Shown here: piece by piece, positions 13,728 through 26,949 of the stretch
How positions within the stretch are numbered: the stretch's first letter is position 1
Layout of the letters: every line of letters begins with the position of its first letter
Assembly (NCBI RefSeq): GCF_963921235.1
Contig: NC_086108.1
Span: 41,914,001 to 41,978,000, forward strand
Length of the DNA: 64,000 nt
Source: Mobula hypostoma
Lineage: Eukaryota
Direction: 5' to 3'
Notes under the pieces: model-generated
Told to the model about the DNA's origin: nothing
Database searches by the model: none
What the model saw: the letters and a program-made list of their open reading frames with translations, nothing else
Translations under genes and position numbers: made by a program

Positions 13728-16700
13728 TTAATGACAAGAGTGCAAATGTGACTGGAAAAATTGAGGTAAATAAGGAGATACTGTAACTTGGGAAAATCTT
13801 TATGCATTCTCTTCATTTCAGACAGAAGGAACTCTCCTACAATTCCACATTATAGCATGGTAAAAAAAAATACATGTAGGATTCCTCTGTAGCTCTCAGC
13901 ATTCCCTCCACAGAGCACTGTAGAGTCTGAAAAAAACAATATGATATATGTAGAAAGCCATTTTCCATCTATAAGCACTATTTCTGAGAAAGAGTCCAGA
14001 AATGAGCAAAACCACTTCAACTGTTATCAAGTTCATTAACACACTGTGTGCCTCATTATTACTGTCACATCGGCTGGACTCCTGGGAAAATCAAGCACAT
14101 GCCTTCACTCTTATAACATAGATTGTTAAGCTAATTTTACAATATCTAGCAAGAGTCACAACACTAATTGTTCACCCCACAGTACACTGTCCACCTAAGC
14201 CACAATTTAAGACACTGGCATTCCTTTGACATAAATCATTATTTCTGTACTTCAATAAATACTTATAAAAGAAACAGGAAATATGCATCATTGATTTGCA
14301 AATATTCCAATTAACAACACTCATTTGATTTAATGAGTGACAGATCAATAATTCAGTTGTTTCTAGACATTCACTACCTGGATACTCAAATTATGTATTA
14401 CTTACATTTATCTAAGCAAAAAAACTCCATATGGCTGATCCAAGAATTTATTTTTTAAATAATTCATAACATGCAGCTGGTGCTGGCAAGCACTTACTGT
14501 TCATCCCAACTGCCCTTGAACCAAGTGGCTTATTTGGTCATTTCAGCAAATGGTTTAGAATCAACTACATTGCTTTACGTTGCAGACATACTGTATATAG
14601 ACCACACTGAGGAAGGATAGCAGATTCTTCCCTACAAGGGCCAAACTGAACCAGCTTGGTTCTTTCAATAGTCTCATCTAGATTTATCTAATTAAGTAAA
14701 GTTATATTCCCCAAAGTGGAGTGATTTAAATTCATGTTTTTGTAGAGCACAAATGTGCAAACTGTTTTAAATGTTAATTCTCAATTTTTTTTTAAGGAAA
14801 GAAGTATTTTTTATTTAAATTTAGAGATTTATACATTTAGAATAGATGCTGAACCAGATATTCTTATATTTGGCTTTTCTATATTAATTTACCATTCTTC
14901 CCACTTTGATAAACCTTCTTTCCTGCATAACTTCCTTAAACCCAATTTTAGTTTCTGAGCAGTATAACACTCTTTCAGGTCATTTAATGACATTTAAATT
15001 TGCTTCAGAAAGGGAAGGTTGCCATCATTTTGGTTATGCACATCCGCAGCTATAAATCACCACCCAAATTAGCATTATTTTCATGTGTCTGTCAATTCAG
15101 AACTTCATGATTATACATTGGAATCAACTTTTAGACAGTTCAAATTTCAGGTCTGCTGCAAATTGGAGAGAGAAGCTTCTACTGTGTGCTGTTATATAGA
15201 CATTCTGATAAATTCACATCATTCATGCCAAAGAGTACATGCCATTAATTGGAGCAGATGCAAAAATGTTATTTTTGCAAAACTACCATCAGGATTCCCT
15301 TCTAAAGATGCCCACCTTCTCATTTTGTTGAATAGGCTTCAATTCAAATAATCAACACACAATAAAAAGTGCATTTAAATAATACAGTATTCTTTATTAC
15401 TTGCAATTTACTTCAATAAAACTGCAGCACTAGGGCTTATTTTCATAGCCTAAAACATTACTTTAAGTCACATTGAGCTGAGCAAAATACAATGAATTAG
15501 ATAAATTATGATTAAATATAATAACTGTGACCATACATGCTATAAACCTTCACAGAATCTATCCAACCATGTAGTAATTCCCAAAGCTTCGCTATAATGT
15601 AGAGCACAAATATTTCTGTTCAAATTTGATGTGATATATCAGTGAAGCATTTACTGCTAAAAAGAGATTGAGAGCAAATGTATCTTCCGCCACTATGAAT
15701 AAAAGCCCTAGTTTCTCATTACTTTGTGACAAGACCCAGAAATTCACTTCAGTTTTCATTTAGGCTTTCTGCCCCAGTTTATGGATGTATGCCTTCACGC
15801 TTTTATTCCTCCTTCGCTTCACACATATGTAATAAATGATTATAAATTTCCACAGACGACCACCTCTCTTGCTCACTCACACGAAGTGCACAAACTTCGG
15901 AAGTTGCAAGTAAAACTCAACAAACAGATTTATTTATGATGTTGTCCTTGGTAACCGAAATTTCAATGTACTGATGAAAAGTATGATTAAAGACAGACTG
16001 TGCCTCGACAAGGAGATCCAGGGACAAGTTTCTATTTTTCACTGCAAATATATAATAGCACTTGACACCAGTTTCATACAAAATTCACCAGCTACAGCGA
16101 TGGAAGCCAGCTAGAGGTATAATTGCCATTTATCCTTTTTTCTAAAAAAATAGCATTGTTAACCAATCAAGTTGCACTCAGATTGAGCAACAATATATTA
16201 ATTTACCAAATCAGTGTTGTCCCATTCAGTACTATATTTATATAAGCATGAGTTACAGATTTTCAGTGGTGTAATTAAAGATTTAAAAGTAATTGTTCTC
16301 AACTCTATGTCATTTGTAAAAGTTTTTTCATTTGCTAATAATTTCTTAAAATTTTTGATATACATTTTAATGAAAATTATTTTGACACCTTGCTTAGATA
16401 TATCCTTAAATTAGTACAAATTTTTCTTCAACTTGATTGTCATTTCTCTTCTCCATTTTCCCTATAATTTTAATTATCAGAAGAACAGTGGACTAACTAC
16501 AGTGACTCCTACAGCAAGTTACAACAGTTCTTTGTTCAGCTGTAGGAAACAATGGCTGCTGTAGTACATAACGAGTTGGAATCGTGGGCGTCCTTGATTA
16601 AGAATCCAGAATGCTCGATCAAGGCATGAAAACACACTGATTTGGACTCTGGTGTAGAAAAAAAGATATTTTGATCTTCCGTCAATGTAGTAGCCTATGC

Positions 16701-19700
16701 ATACACACCTCAAACATCGTAAGGTAATCAATGGACACTTAAAACAGTAATTTTACCAAAACAACAGGAAAAAGTAATGTGTGTTTTTATGAATAACGAA
16801 TTTTTCAAACTGCTGGCACTCTGGTGAGAAAAGTCTGAACTGAGTCAGTGGGATAAAAGAAGAAGGAAAATCTGAATAGGAAGATTGATCAATGTGAATG
16901 ACTCTGCCAGTCTTTCTCTTAATAACTGAACAGTATCCAATGGGTGGTGCTCTAATCCATATCTTCGGGGCCTCAAGGGAAAATGGCAAATTGAATTGGA
17001 TCATGCAGGCAGTTAGCAGATTGTGCTTTTGTCTCTGGTGGCAGGGCTAATTAAGATCAAACTCTGAGGGTAGAAAATTGCCTTTATATCTGCTAAATGT
17101 AATCATGAATGCATGCTGAACTCCAGTGAAATTAATGGAACCAAATTTAAGAAGCAGCATACCACACACATACTACATTGCACAATCAGTGTTTGTAACT
17201 GTGAATGAATATTTATTGACAGTGAGGCATCTAATAAAATTAAACTATTTGAAATAGGTGTACACTTATGTCCTGAGGCAGACTGATACTACAAAGGCAG
17301 GCTCATTCGGAGAATATACAAGGGCAGTTGCTATGAAGTGGCGCAATGGGAAGTAGTTTTGTGAGCTTAAGCATAAAGTAGGTTGTTGGGCAGATACAAC
17401 CAACCTTGTTGAACATGTGTCTCTTATTGTGCAGCAAAAACAAAAGCAACATGAACTCGTAACCTCTTTATACAGTAGATTAAAAAGTTACCTGAAAGCA
17501 CTTAATAAAAAATGTTGGACACTGATTAAGCACGTAATTAAAAAGTGCTCGACACTGAACTTAGTAAGGGAAATGGAAAAAAAACTTAACAAAGATTCAG
17601 TCATTAGATCTTCAGGTGGTCATGCAGAAATAGATCTGGGACAGAGTTACGGGAGCCTAAAGGACAGCTGGAGCTGCTTGATACATTTGACAGTCACCAT
17701 GGATTCCTGAGCATAAAAATACTCCATTCTTGACTTTCAACATCTCTGGCCAATGGGCAAGCAAAATATATATTTAAGGTAAAGAGTAGCCCTGCAGAGC
17801 CTTGAATACAGTCCCTGTCCAGCCGGTCAAGGATCCCAAACAATGAGTAGAAACTGTGGACTTGCGAAGTAGCACACGTTCAATGCCACAACTAACACTG
17901 AAAGCATCATTCCATCCTTGTTGAGTTTTGTGTGCTATACATTCCCCCAAAACTATAACCAAGATGGTTATACTTCCTGATTAATTTAACTTTAAACTGA
18001 TGGTGGCTTTTCCATAATTACACAACAGAAACCTTAAATCTATGAAGTAGAATGGAACTGAGAAGCTGACATTCCACACACTGTAGATTCCCAGTAAAGG
18101 AAATGACACCAGGGAGTGCTTGCCAACCATGATTATTGGATCATTAGGTGCATTGTTAATACCCAGTAAATGTTAAATCAATCTATGAAGATCAACAGAA
18201 TTGGATGTAACAGCTTTTAAAATTTTAAACTTTAACTAAAATAATTCTGTAATTCTGTTTCATTTCTGGCAACAATAGATAAGTTGGAATCATTAGCCAT
18301 TATTTTACTTCCCAACCATTTAAAGGCAACCTTGTCCTTTCTGCATTCAGGGTCTGATCTTTCTTCAGAGCATTCTATCTAAATGTTTATGACACTGAAC
18401 ATATGGAGCCAATTGCCGAAAAGTGCTAGAGGTTAAATACTGCAAAAGAGTTCAAACTCTATGTAAAGGACACAGTAATGCCTTTGACCCATCTCACATA
18501 AACGCATTAATCACAGTATTTGATGGCTTTTAAGCTAACTTATCAAAGCCCAAGGAGAATGTTTTCAGTCAATTATAACTTTCAAGTTGAAATACTACAG
18601 AAACTCAACTAGCAACAGCAAATTTTCAGAGACATTTTGTTAATTGAGTCATCATTCATACAAGATATCTGGTAATCAGTAATAACAAATACACTACCTG
18701 ACTTATTATCTACAATGCTAAAGGGTTGTTTAAAAATAAAAATATTGACCTTGAGATTCAGATCTACTTCTTATTGTTAGGTACTCGGGGGATACAGGTT
18801 ACAATCCTTGCACCTGAAATATGAGCTCCAAGGAGCCTCTGTTATTTGCATTGGGAGGAATCTCTTTAACACTAAGCTGATAGGACATCTCTGGTACACA
18901 GTGAACCAGTGTTGCTACTGTCATGCCTTGCTTAAGGATATGTAGTTAGGGTGACACTGAAGAAAATACGAAGATCAGGACTCAGAAAGTCAAAGGAGTT
19001 GATGTGGGTGGGACAAGTGGAAATGTTTATTTTAAACAGCTGCATTCATCTCTGGGTCTAGTTGATTGGCCAGAAACTGATGTGCTCACTTAAAATGCTA
19101 GATCGTGGGAATATTGCTTTGCTTAATCTTTGCTAAAAACCTAGTTTCCCCAGGAATAATGGACTTCGCTGAGACAAAATGGACTTAATTTACCATGCAG
19201 AGAATGATGTCATTTGATTTATGTCTAAAACTGCAACCAACTAAGATGCATTAAGATGACTGGAAAGATTTGACTGAGGAATAACTACAATTATGACCCA
19301 CTCTGTATTTCTGACCTGATTATTTAAAAAATTGAATATTTGGACCAATTATTCCTGAGTATTGCGGTTAAAATGTCCATAAACACAATCCATTGAGTAA
19401 ACACCTTTATAAAAATGTAAACTGGGAGTAATGAAAGGAGTATTAGATTGGTTCTGAACAGCAATAGACAGCTAATACAGCACTATTCAGTGTATGAATT
19501 ACAATAATTTCATACTGATTTCATCTTTTAATGAATTCCAAGTGCAATTATAAACTGCAATTATTTACCTATTATCTAACAGCTCTAAATAACCAATTTT
19601 GTCAGCTCCATGACCTCAAACTTGCTAATAGAACAATTAAAGGACAATTGCTCTCACAATAAGCATTGAAGAAATTTCACATCCTGACATCAATATCTCC

Positions 19701-22194
19701 ATGTGGTTATTGGATTTTCAGAAAACTGCGAGATTCTTAGCTTTAATAAGAACTCAAATGTGGCCTATCAAGTGAGATTCTGTTTTTTTACAAAATCAAA
19801 TTTGATTGCCATTTTGGATTTGATTCTCCTGCCTACCATTTGCTTGATTTACTTGCTGCCAGAGATTTTAACAAGGAATGTTTACCCCGCAGCAGAATTT
19901 ATTTTTCAACATGAATAGTGGCCTCCTTTACACTGTTGTATGTGATCTGCACTATTCAATAACATACAGATCAAGTTTCAGTAAATGGAATTAATATGGA
20001 TGGGTATCTGATGGACATGATGAGCCAAAGGACCCTATTCTGTGTGGTTGACTCTCCCTATATGTATTATTGGGGAATGGTTGGCCTGTTAATAAAATTT
20101 TCCCATCAAAACAACAGGGTCAGCATATAGCTGAATTGTCAGTTGAAATCACATAATTACTTCAAAGATTTAGTGTTATTACCCTATCTAATTCTGAATC
20201 TGGGAGTCATGATATTCTGGTATAGTAGGAACATGCAAGTAGTGTTGCTCCCCAGATAGAAACACGGCATCAAACCCATAAGATCTCTTTACTTCTACAC
20301 TCTTTAGTAACTTGCCAAAAGCCAACAAAACCTTCTGAGAAGCTGAAAATGCAGAGATTTTATTTTTAATTAATTCGGATTCTATTTCCAAAAGTTGGGG
20401 CATGTGCAGAGGCATAGTTGATTACTTTCAAAGGAAAGAAGGAAGGAAAACAGAAGCAAAGTTTGATGCAGTGCATGCAGAGCCACAGTCTTGCCCCATG
20501 ACACTATGGACTCTGACATCTGCCCCTTCACATATCTGTGCCCATCACGAGTTTAAAAGGATTTTGATGCTATCAGCAGACCCTATAGCAACAGTTCTAG
20601 CTATATTTGAACAATGAGAAATCGGATTTCTGAAAACAGAAGGCTACATTTATATTTCAACATTTTCCAATAGAGATGGGTGCTGCTGGAAGCAAATTAC
20701 ACACCCATTCCAATATTTCTACAGCCAGGCTTTGAACGAAAAAAAGGATGGATTACCAACTTTGGCACAACACTTGTGTATGGGAAATTTTTGACTACTT
20801 TCACAAAAGTGTTTAATACAAAATTACAATAATGCCCTCTTTGTATAGAGGAATAGAGCTGTTACAGTTTCAGCTTTGATAGTTGGTTTGTCATGGAAGT
20901 TTCACAAGGATCAGGTTTTAGAATTGCTTTTCGTTTACAGAACAGTCACTTACATCCCTTCAGACAGATTCAGATTCAAGTTCTGTTTACTTCCATGGTT
21001 AATAGTCCAACCTCATCAGCTTTACTGTTCACATCCTGATTGTGGTTTAAGCTTTCCAATGGAGTTTCCAAAGGAATTTAATGAGCATGACAACATGTCA
21101 TATCCTACACTTTCATTAGTCCATCTGATCCATTAGAAATGCTATTCGATGACTCCACCAAAAGACAACATTGTTTGGAGCTGCCAGCAGTTTTGAATAC
21201 AGCTGCTTTTTCTTTTGCATCTGGTATTAATGCTGCAGCCCATCTTGCATGAAAGCCTGTGGGGCTTTCTTTTTTATTACACAATATGGTTGCTAAATTT
21301 CCTACGTTTTCTTTTATTAAACTGTTAACCAGGTTCATTCTTAGAGATGATTGTTGTCACCTTGAAATTCTGAAAAGGAAGTGGTATGCATTGTACTCGA
21401 ATACAATAGACACTAGAGAGCAAGCATCCTGTTAAAAAATCTAGCGTCTTCCCTTGATTAATCCTAGTTAAGACATCCAAATATTGCAGAATAAGCTGAA
21501 TAAAACCACATTTAGGAGTTCCAACCCTTGATTGGATGCATTCCTGCAGAACTCATCAATAGGAACAGATGAAAAAGTGTGGACTACTCAGCCCTTTGAA
21601 TTATTCCCGATTCAATGAGATTACGGCTGATCTGTACTTCAAATTCTACAATATCACTTGATATCTTCTTCTAACAGAAATCTTTTGATTCCAGCTTGCT
21701 AATTTTGTGTTTTAAATAAGTGTTTTTCATGTTAAGACACGTTGACTTCTAAAGCACATTGGAATTTCAAGAACCTCTGTATTATCAGATTGATTTTTGA
21801 AAATGTTGAACAGTCTTTATATTAATCTCCTTTATTTTATTAATAATTAGAAGTTCAGAAGTGTTAATGGAGTCTTATAGTATGGGGTTGAGAGGGATCC
21901 GGGATCAGCCATGGTGAGATGGCAGAGCAGGCCTAAGGGGCTAAATGACCTACTTCTGCTCCTATGTCTTATGGTCTACATGGAAAACTAAAATAAAATC
22001 TTTTTCTAAACTTCCTATATAATTACTTTCCCCAATTTTCCTGCAGCATTCTTCAATGATTTAATCTTTAATCCTTGGTAATACCATGGGAAAACTGGAA
22101 GATTAGCATTCTTGCAGCCATTACATTGCCAGACTGCCAAGGTTTGACAGGCACAACTCTCAGTATAAAGGTTTATGTACTTTAGGGCCAAAAG

Positions 22195-22900
22195 CAAAAT
22201 CCGAGAGATATGCAAAACCTGAAATAAAAGACAGAGTACTGGAAGTACTCAGCCAGTCAGCCACCATCCACAGAAACAGGGTTAACTGATCACTGACCTG
22301 TCATCAAATCGTGGAAAGTTTGCAGGAGAAAGGAAAGGGAATTAACAGAAGGAAAAGAGCTAGGTAGGATGGAAATAAGGAGAGTTTGAATAATGATACT
22401 GGCTGAAAGGCTGAGTAAATGCCAGCAAACAGAAACCCTGTCCGGAGCAGCAAGATTAATGAAATGAGAGAGAGGAGAGAGAAAAGACTGCAGATAATGC
22501 GAGATCAGGCTGAATTGGATGATTATTTTAAATTGTTGAATTCGAAGTCTGTAATGTGCAGAGGGGGAAGAGGAGATGCTGTTCCTTGAACTCTGTAGGC
22601 ATAGTAGAGGGGGCAGGATTCAGAATAGGAATAGGTTAGAGGTTCAAAGTTGACACCCAGCTGGTAGCTGAAGGTCAACCTTGCAGAATGGGTAGAGACA
22701 TTGTCCAAAGTTGCTACACTCTACACTTGGTTCCCCCAAGGAGACAACATTGGAGTTCAAACTCAACATGATGAATATGTAGAGTGGGTGTGGGAAGCGA
22801 TGAACAATGGGTACTGGAAATTATGTGCAGTTACTGTTGGAGAATGAGCATCTTCAAAATGGAATATGTGTGGAAATGTAATATCTATCATGGCTTCTTT
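22195..22900 (-). mobile_element. Highly decayed Penelope-like remnant
   Basis: Opens with gagatatgcaaaacctgaaa...ctggaagtactcagc, like the other Penelope termini in reverse, followed by a purine-rich tract. Confidence 0.4.
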
Positions 22901-22939
22901 CTTTAGGGTGTCTTTTACTGCATGTATTTATTTCACAGC

Positions 22940-23159
22940 AACACACACAAAATGCTGGAGGAACTCAGCATCTATGGAAATGAATAATCAGTTGACATTT
23001 CAGGTTGAGACCCTTCCTCAGGACTCTCCTTCTTCATTCCTGACGAAGGGTCTCGGCCCGAAGCAATGACTGTTTATTCATTTCCATAGATGCTACCTCA
23101 CCTACTGAGTTCTTCCAGCATCTTTTGGATTTCCAGCAACCGCAGACCTTCTTGTCCTG
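22940..23159. mobile_element. Short fold-back Penelope-type element with hammerhead-like cores on both strands; 14-bp TSD
   Basis: Plus strand CTGACGA-agggtctcggccc-GAAG; minus strand CTGAGGA-agggtctcaacct-GAAA-tgtc. Flanks atttatttcacagc (22926-22939) and atttattttacagc (23160-23173). Confidence 0.8.
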
Positions 23160-23379
23160 ATTTATTTTACAGCTTCTTTTTCTATGGCTGGATGATTTAA
23201 AAAAAAAGGTCAGCAACTGTGCAACTGCTTACTTCAAAAACTGTCCAAATGACAGGACAAGAATTAGGGACAATTACCTGATAAAATGCCCGCAAGAAGT
23301 ACATGCACCCCTGAAAGTTGGTCTACGTTCTCCTATAGAGCATGTAGTGGGGCCTCACTTACGTGGTTCAGCTCTTTTT

Positions 23380-25082
23380 GGGGGGCAGGACAACCTCTAA
23401 GGTCAGCAGGAGCCGCACTTTCCTGTGCCATCAGAAAGGCAAAGAAAAATCACACACACCTTTATGACAGCAAGGACACACAACATATGTGGCGAGGCAT
23501 ACAAACTACAAGAAGTTATAAGTCCACCTTGCGCACCAATGACAGTGACGCCTCCTTTCCTGATAGGCCGAATCCCTTCTAGGAGTGATTTGACACAATG
23601 AACGATGTGACATCAAATGGTTCAGCTAACCGAGGTTTTTATGGACATCTTTAATACCTTTTTGCCACAGTCCAGTGTCCCTGCAGGCTTCAAGGCAGCC
23701 ACCAGCAGTCTGGTGCCCAAAACACAGCACAATTATCACCCAGTGACACTGACCTCAATAATCATGAAGTGCTTTGAGCAATTGGTAATGGATCGTATAA
23801 AATCCCATCTTTCAACTACATTGGGCACTTTGCAGCTTGTCTACCGCTCAAACCAGTGCACTGATGATTCCATAGTCTCAGCCCTCCACTCCATCCTGTT
23901 CCACATAGAAAATGATGCCTTATATAGCAGGATGTTGTTCATTGACTTCAAAGAGTGTTTAACGCGATCATCCCTCGGAGACTGGCGGGTAAACTGTCCT
24001 CCTTGGGACTCAGTGGTCCTCTTTGTAGCTGGATCTTGGATTTCTTGCTGGAAAGACCCCAATCAGTCTGGGTTGGCAGCAACATCTCAAGCTCCATCAC
24101 GCTGAGCACTGGTGCTCCCTACGGTTGTGTGCTCAGTTTGCTGCTGTTCACTCTGCTGACTCACAGCTGCACTGCCAGATTCAGTTCAAACCGCATCATC
24201 AAGTTCGCTGATGGTACCACAGTGCTGAGCAGCAACAATGATGAGTTGGCCCGCAGAAAGGAGGTATAGAGGCTTGTCAAATGGTGTGAAAACAACAACC
24301 TGACTCTCAACATGGACAAGACAAAAGAGATGATTGTGGACTTCAGGAAGACACAGGTCAACCACTCTCCGTTGCAGAACAATGGCTCTGCTATGGAGAG
24401 AGTAAAGAGCAAAGTTCCTTGGTGTGCAAATGGACAGTCTAATCTGGACCCACAACACCTCCTCATTGGTCAAGAAGGCACAGCAGTGTCTACACTTTCT
24501 AGGGAGATTGAAGCATGTGAGGTTCCCCGCCCCATTCTAACAACTTTCTACAAGAGCACTATCGAGAGTGTCCCGTCTGAATGCATCATTGCATGGTACA
24601 GATGCAGCAAGGCATCGGACAGACAGAGGATAGTAAAAACCACCAAGGGATTCACTGGGGTCTCCCTCACCCCACTTGTGACACTTACCAGGAGTATTGT
24701 ATATGAAGGGCCCAAAGCATTGCTGAAGATCCTTACCACCCATCCCCCAATCTCTTTGATTCACTGTCATTAGGAAGGAGGTACAGGAGCATCAGGACTA
24801 GAACTACCAAACTGGGTAACAGCTCTTCCCTCAGGCTGTGAGACAAATGGATACCCTGCCACCACCGCAGTCTCCTATCGAGTACAGCGAGCTGTTTACT
24901 GTATACCTCTGCTGTGCTCTACATGCACTTTGAATTGTATTTTATTAACTTATTTGTGTAATTATTTTGTTTTATGTGCTGTTTGTGATACATGTTTTGT
25001 GGGTGCACTGTGGTCCAGAAGAACATTGTTTTGTTTGGTTGTACAGGTAGATGGAAATCAACTTGAACCTGAACTTGAACTT
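23380..25082 (+). mobile_element. Rex1/Babar-like LINE, 5'-truncated and degraded, (TTGAAC)n tail
   Basis: ORFs 23617-24105 (YHPVTLTSIIMKCFEQLV), 23955-24269 ([17 protein letters not shown]) and 24312 onward (KTKEMIVDFRK). Tail ttgaacctgaacttgaactt. Confidence 0.9.
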
Positions 25083-25730
25083 AGAATGGCTGTCTACCAC
25101 TATCAGTAACTTGTCCATGCCTTTCTCACCCGTGTGGACACACTAAAGTTTCTCACAGGCCATATATAAGCTGCATTCGGTAGATGTGGTGGCATGTACA
25201 CCATGCTGACCATTCGTTTTAGATCCTCGCAATGTCAAACCCATAGAAAAGGCTACAAGCTACTGCCTTCACATTAATGAAGCCTAAATCCTCCAAGTGA
25301 AGTCCCTGCACTATTCTGCCTCATAATTCTTTCTGCGTAACTATTACGTGGCCACATTTGTTTCAGTATTGATTTGCAGGCAGTTTGTAACACGATGGAA
25401 AAGGCTTCATTATCTCATCCAAACATGAGTTTGAATTACTCAAAGTAAACCTGTAAGCTTTCTTTTGCTGCTGAATCAGGTGCAATATTGAATTCCTCAT
25501 AATGATCAGAAAATGATCCAACTTGTTTCCTGTCAACAGGTATTGCTAAACCTCAGATCAAGCAGTCAGCAGTTGTACAGAATCGTTCTGTGTCGATCTT
25601 TCTATCTGCACGGCTGCTACAAAAGGTCATCCTGTTGGATGTAGATTGTCTGTTTTTATACCTGCATCGGTGTTTTCTTAAGGCAGCCTTGAGTAACGTG
25701 TTCACCATCTGGCTGACTGATATTCAAGGC

Positions 25731-26030
25731 CATAGAGTCATAGAAAAGTACAGCACAGAAGCAGGCCCTTCAGCCCACCTAGTCCATGCTGAACCATCTA
25801 AATTGCCTTCTCCCACTGACCTTCACCTGGACCATGGCCCTCCATACCCATACCATCCATGTACCTATCCAAAACTTCTCTTAAATGTTAAAATTGAGCT
25901 TGCATGCACCTCCTGGCAGCTTGTTGCAGACTCTCATGACCATCTGGGGGAAGAAACTTCCCCTCACATTTCGCTTAAACTTTACGCTTTTCACCCTTAA
26001 CCCATGACTTCTGGTTGTAGTCTCACCCAA
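25731..26030 (-). mobile_element. CR1 LINE 3' end fragment
   Basis: catagagtcatagaaaagtacagcacagaagcaggcccttc is a reversed CR1 tail, followed by the last ORF2 codons. Confidence 0.75.
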
Positions 26031-26203
26031 CCGGACTAGGAGGGAAGAATGGCCTACCTCTGCCTTCTTGAGCCTACTACTACAGGAAATACTGACTTGG
26101 AGCCAGGAACAACCAAGGGCAAAGGAAGTTTGTGATCAATGAGAACTGACTACCTAACAAGAACGACACAAGTCTTTGAATTGACCTGCATGTTGGTCTA
26201 GAC

Positions 26204-26277
26204 AAGGGGTTCCCAACCTTTATTATACCATGGACCATTATCGTTAACCATGGGGCTCCCCAGGTTGGGCACCCCTG
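26204..26277. mobile_element. hAT-Charlie-type MITE (74 bp)
   Basis: TIRs aggggttcccaacct / aggttgggcacccctg. The 8-bp flanks gtctagac and ctctagat fit the Charlie NTCTAGAN target. Confidence 0.8.
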
Positions 26278-26949
26278 CTCTAGATGTTCATCCATATCTG
26301 CTTACAAAGCAGTCTTACACAATATTATTCCAGTGCACCATTACCTCCTTGAACTGATCTTTCTTTCACACAGCTGGTTTTTATGTCAGCTACAGCAAGT
26401 TCTGACCTCTCCTTCTGATCATTATGAGAAGCTACATATTGTATTTGACATGGTGCATTCACCATTTTGCTGCAGTATGCAGAGATGGTGAAAGCCCAGT
26501 CCAGTCGGGTGCAATATTTAATTCCTAATTATGAACACAAAGTGATCTAACTTGCTTTCTGAAGACAGGCACTTTATTAAGCTTACATCACTACCCATAA
26601 TCAAGTAGTCAGCAGTTATATTGGTGTTCAATGATCATTAACCTTCATTTTACTTTAAAAATTATTGTGTTTCTAAAAGCTCAGCAGCTTTACTATTAGC
26701 CAAGTCTCTCCCCTGTGGCTTTCTATTATCAATGTTTCCCTGACAATGAGAACCTACATGCCTGATGTTATTCTGACCCTCTGTCCTAAGCCTAGCCACG
26801 CTAACTGAGGCTTTGTGCACTCTTGCAATTAAAGATTTTGGTGCTCTACACTGAGTTTAGAGCATTACACTGGCAGCAGCTTCTTCCACCAAGCTCATAT
26901 TTTTGGACCAGACACACGTGAATTGAGCTGAACGTTTGCTGCTGACACA

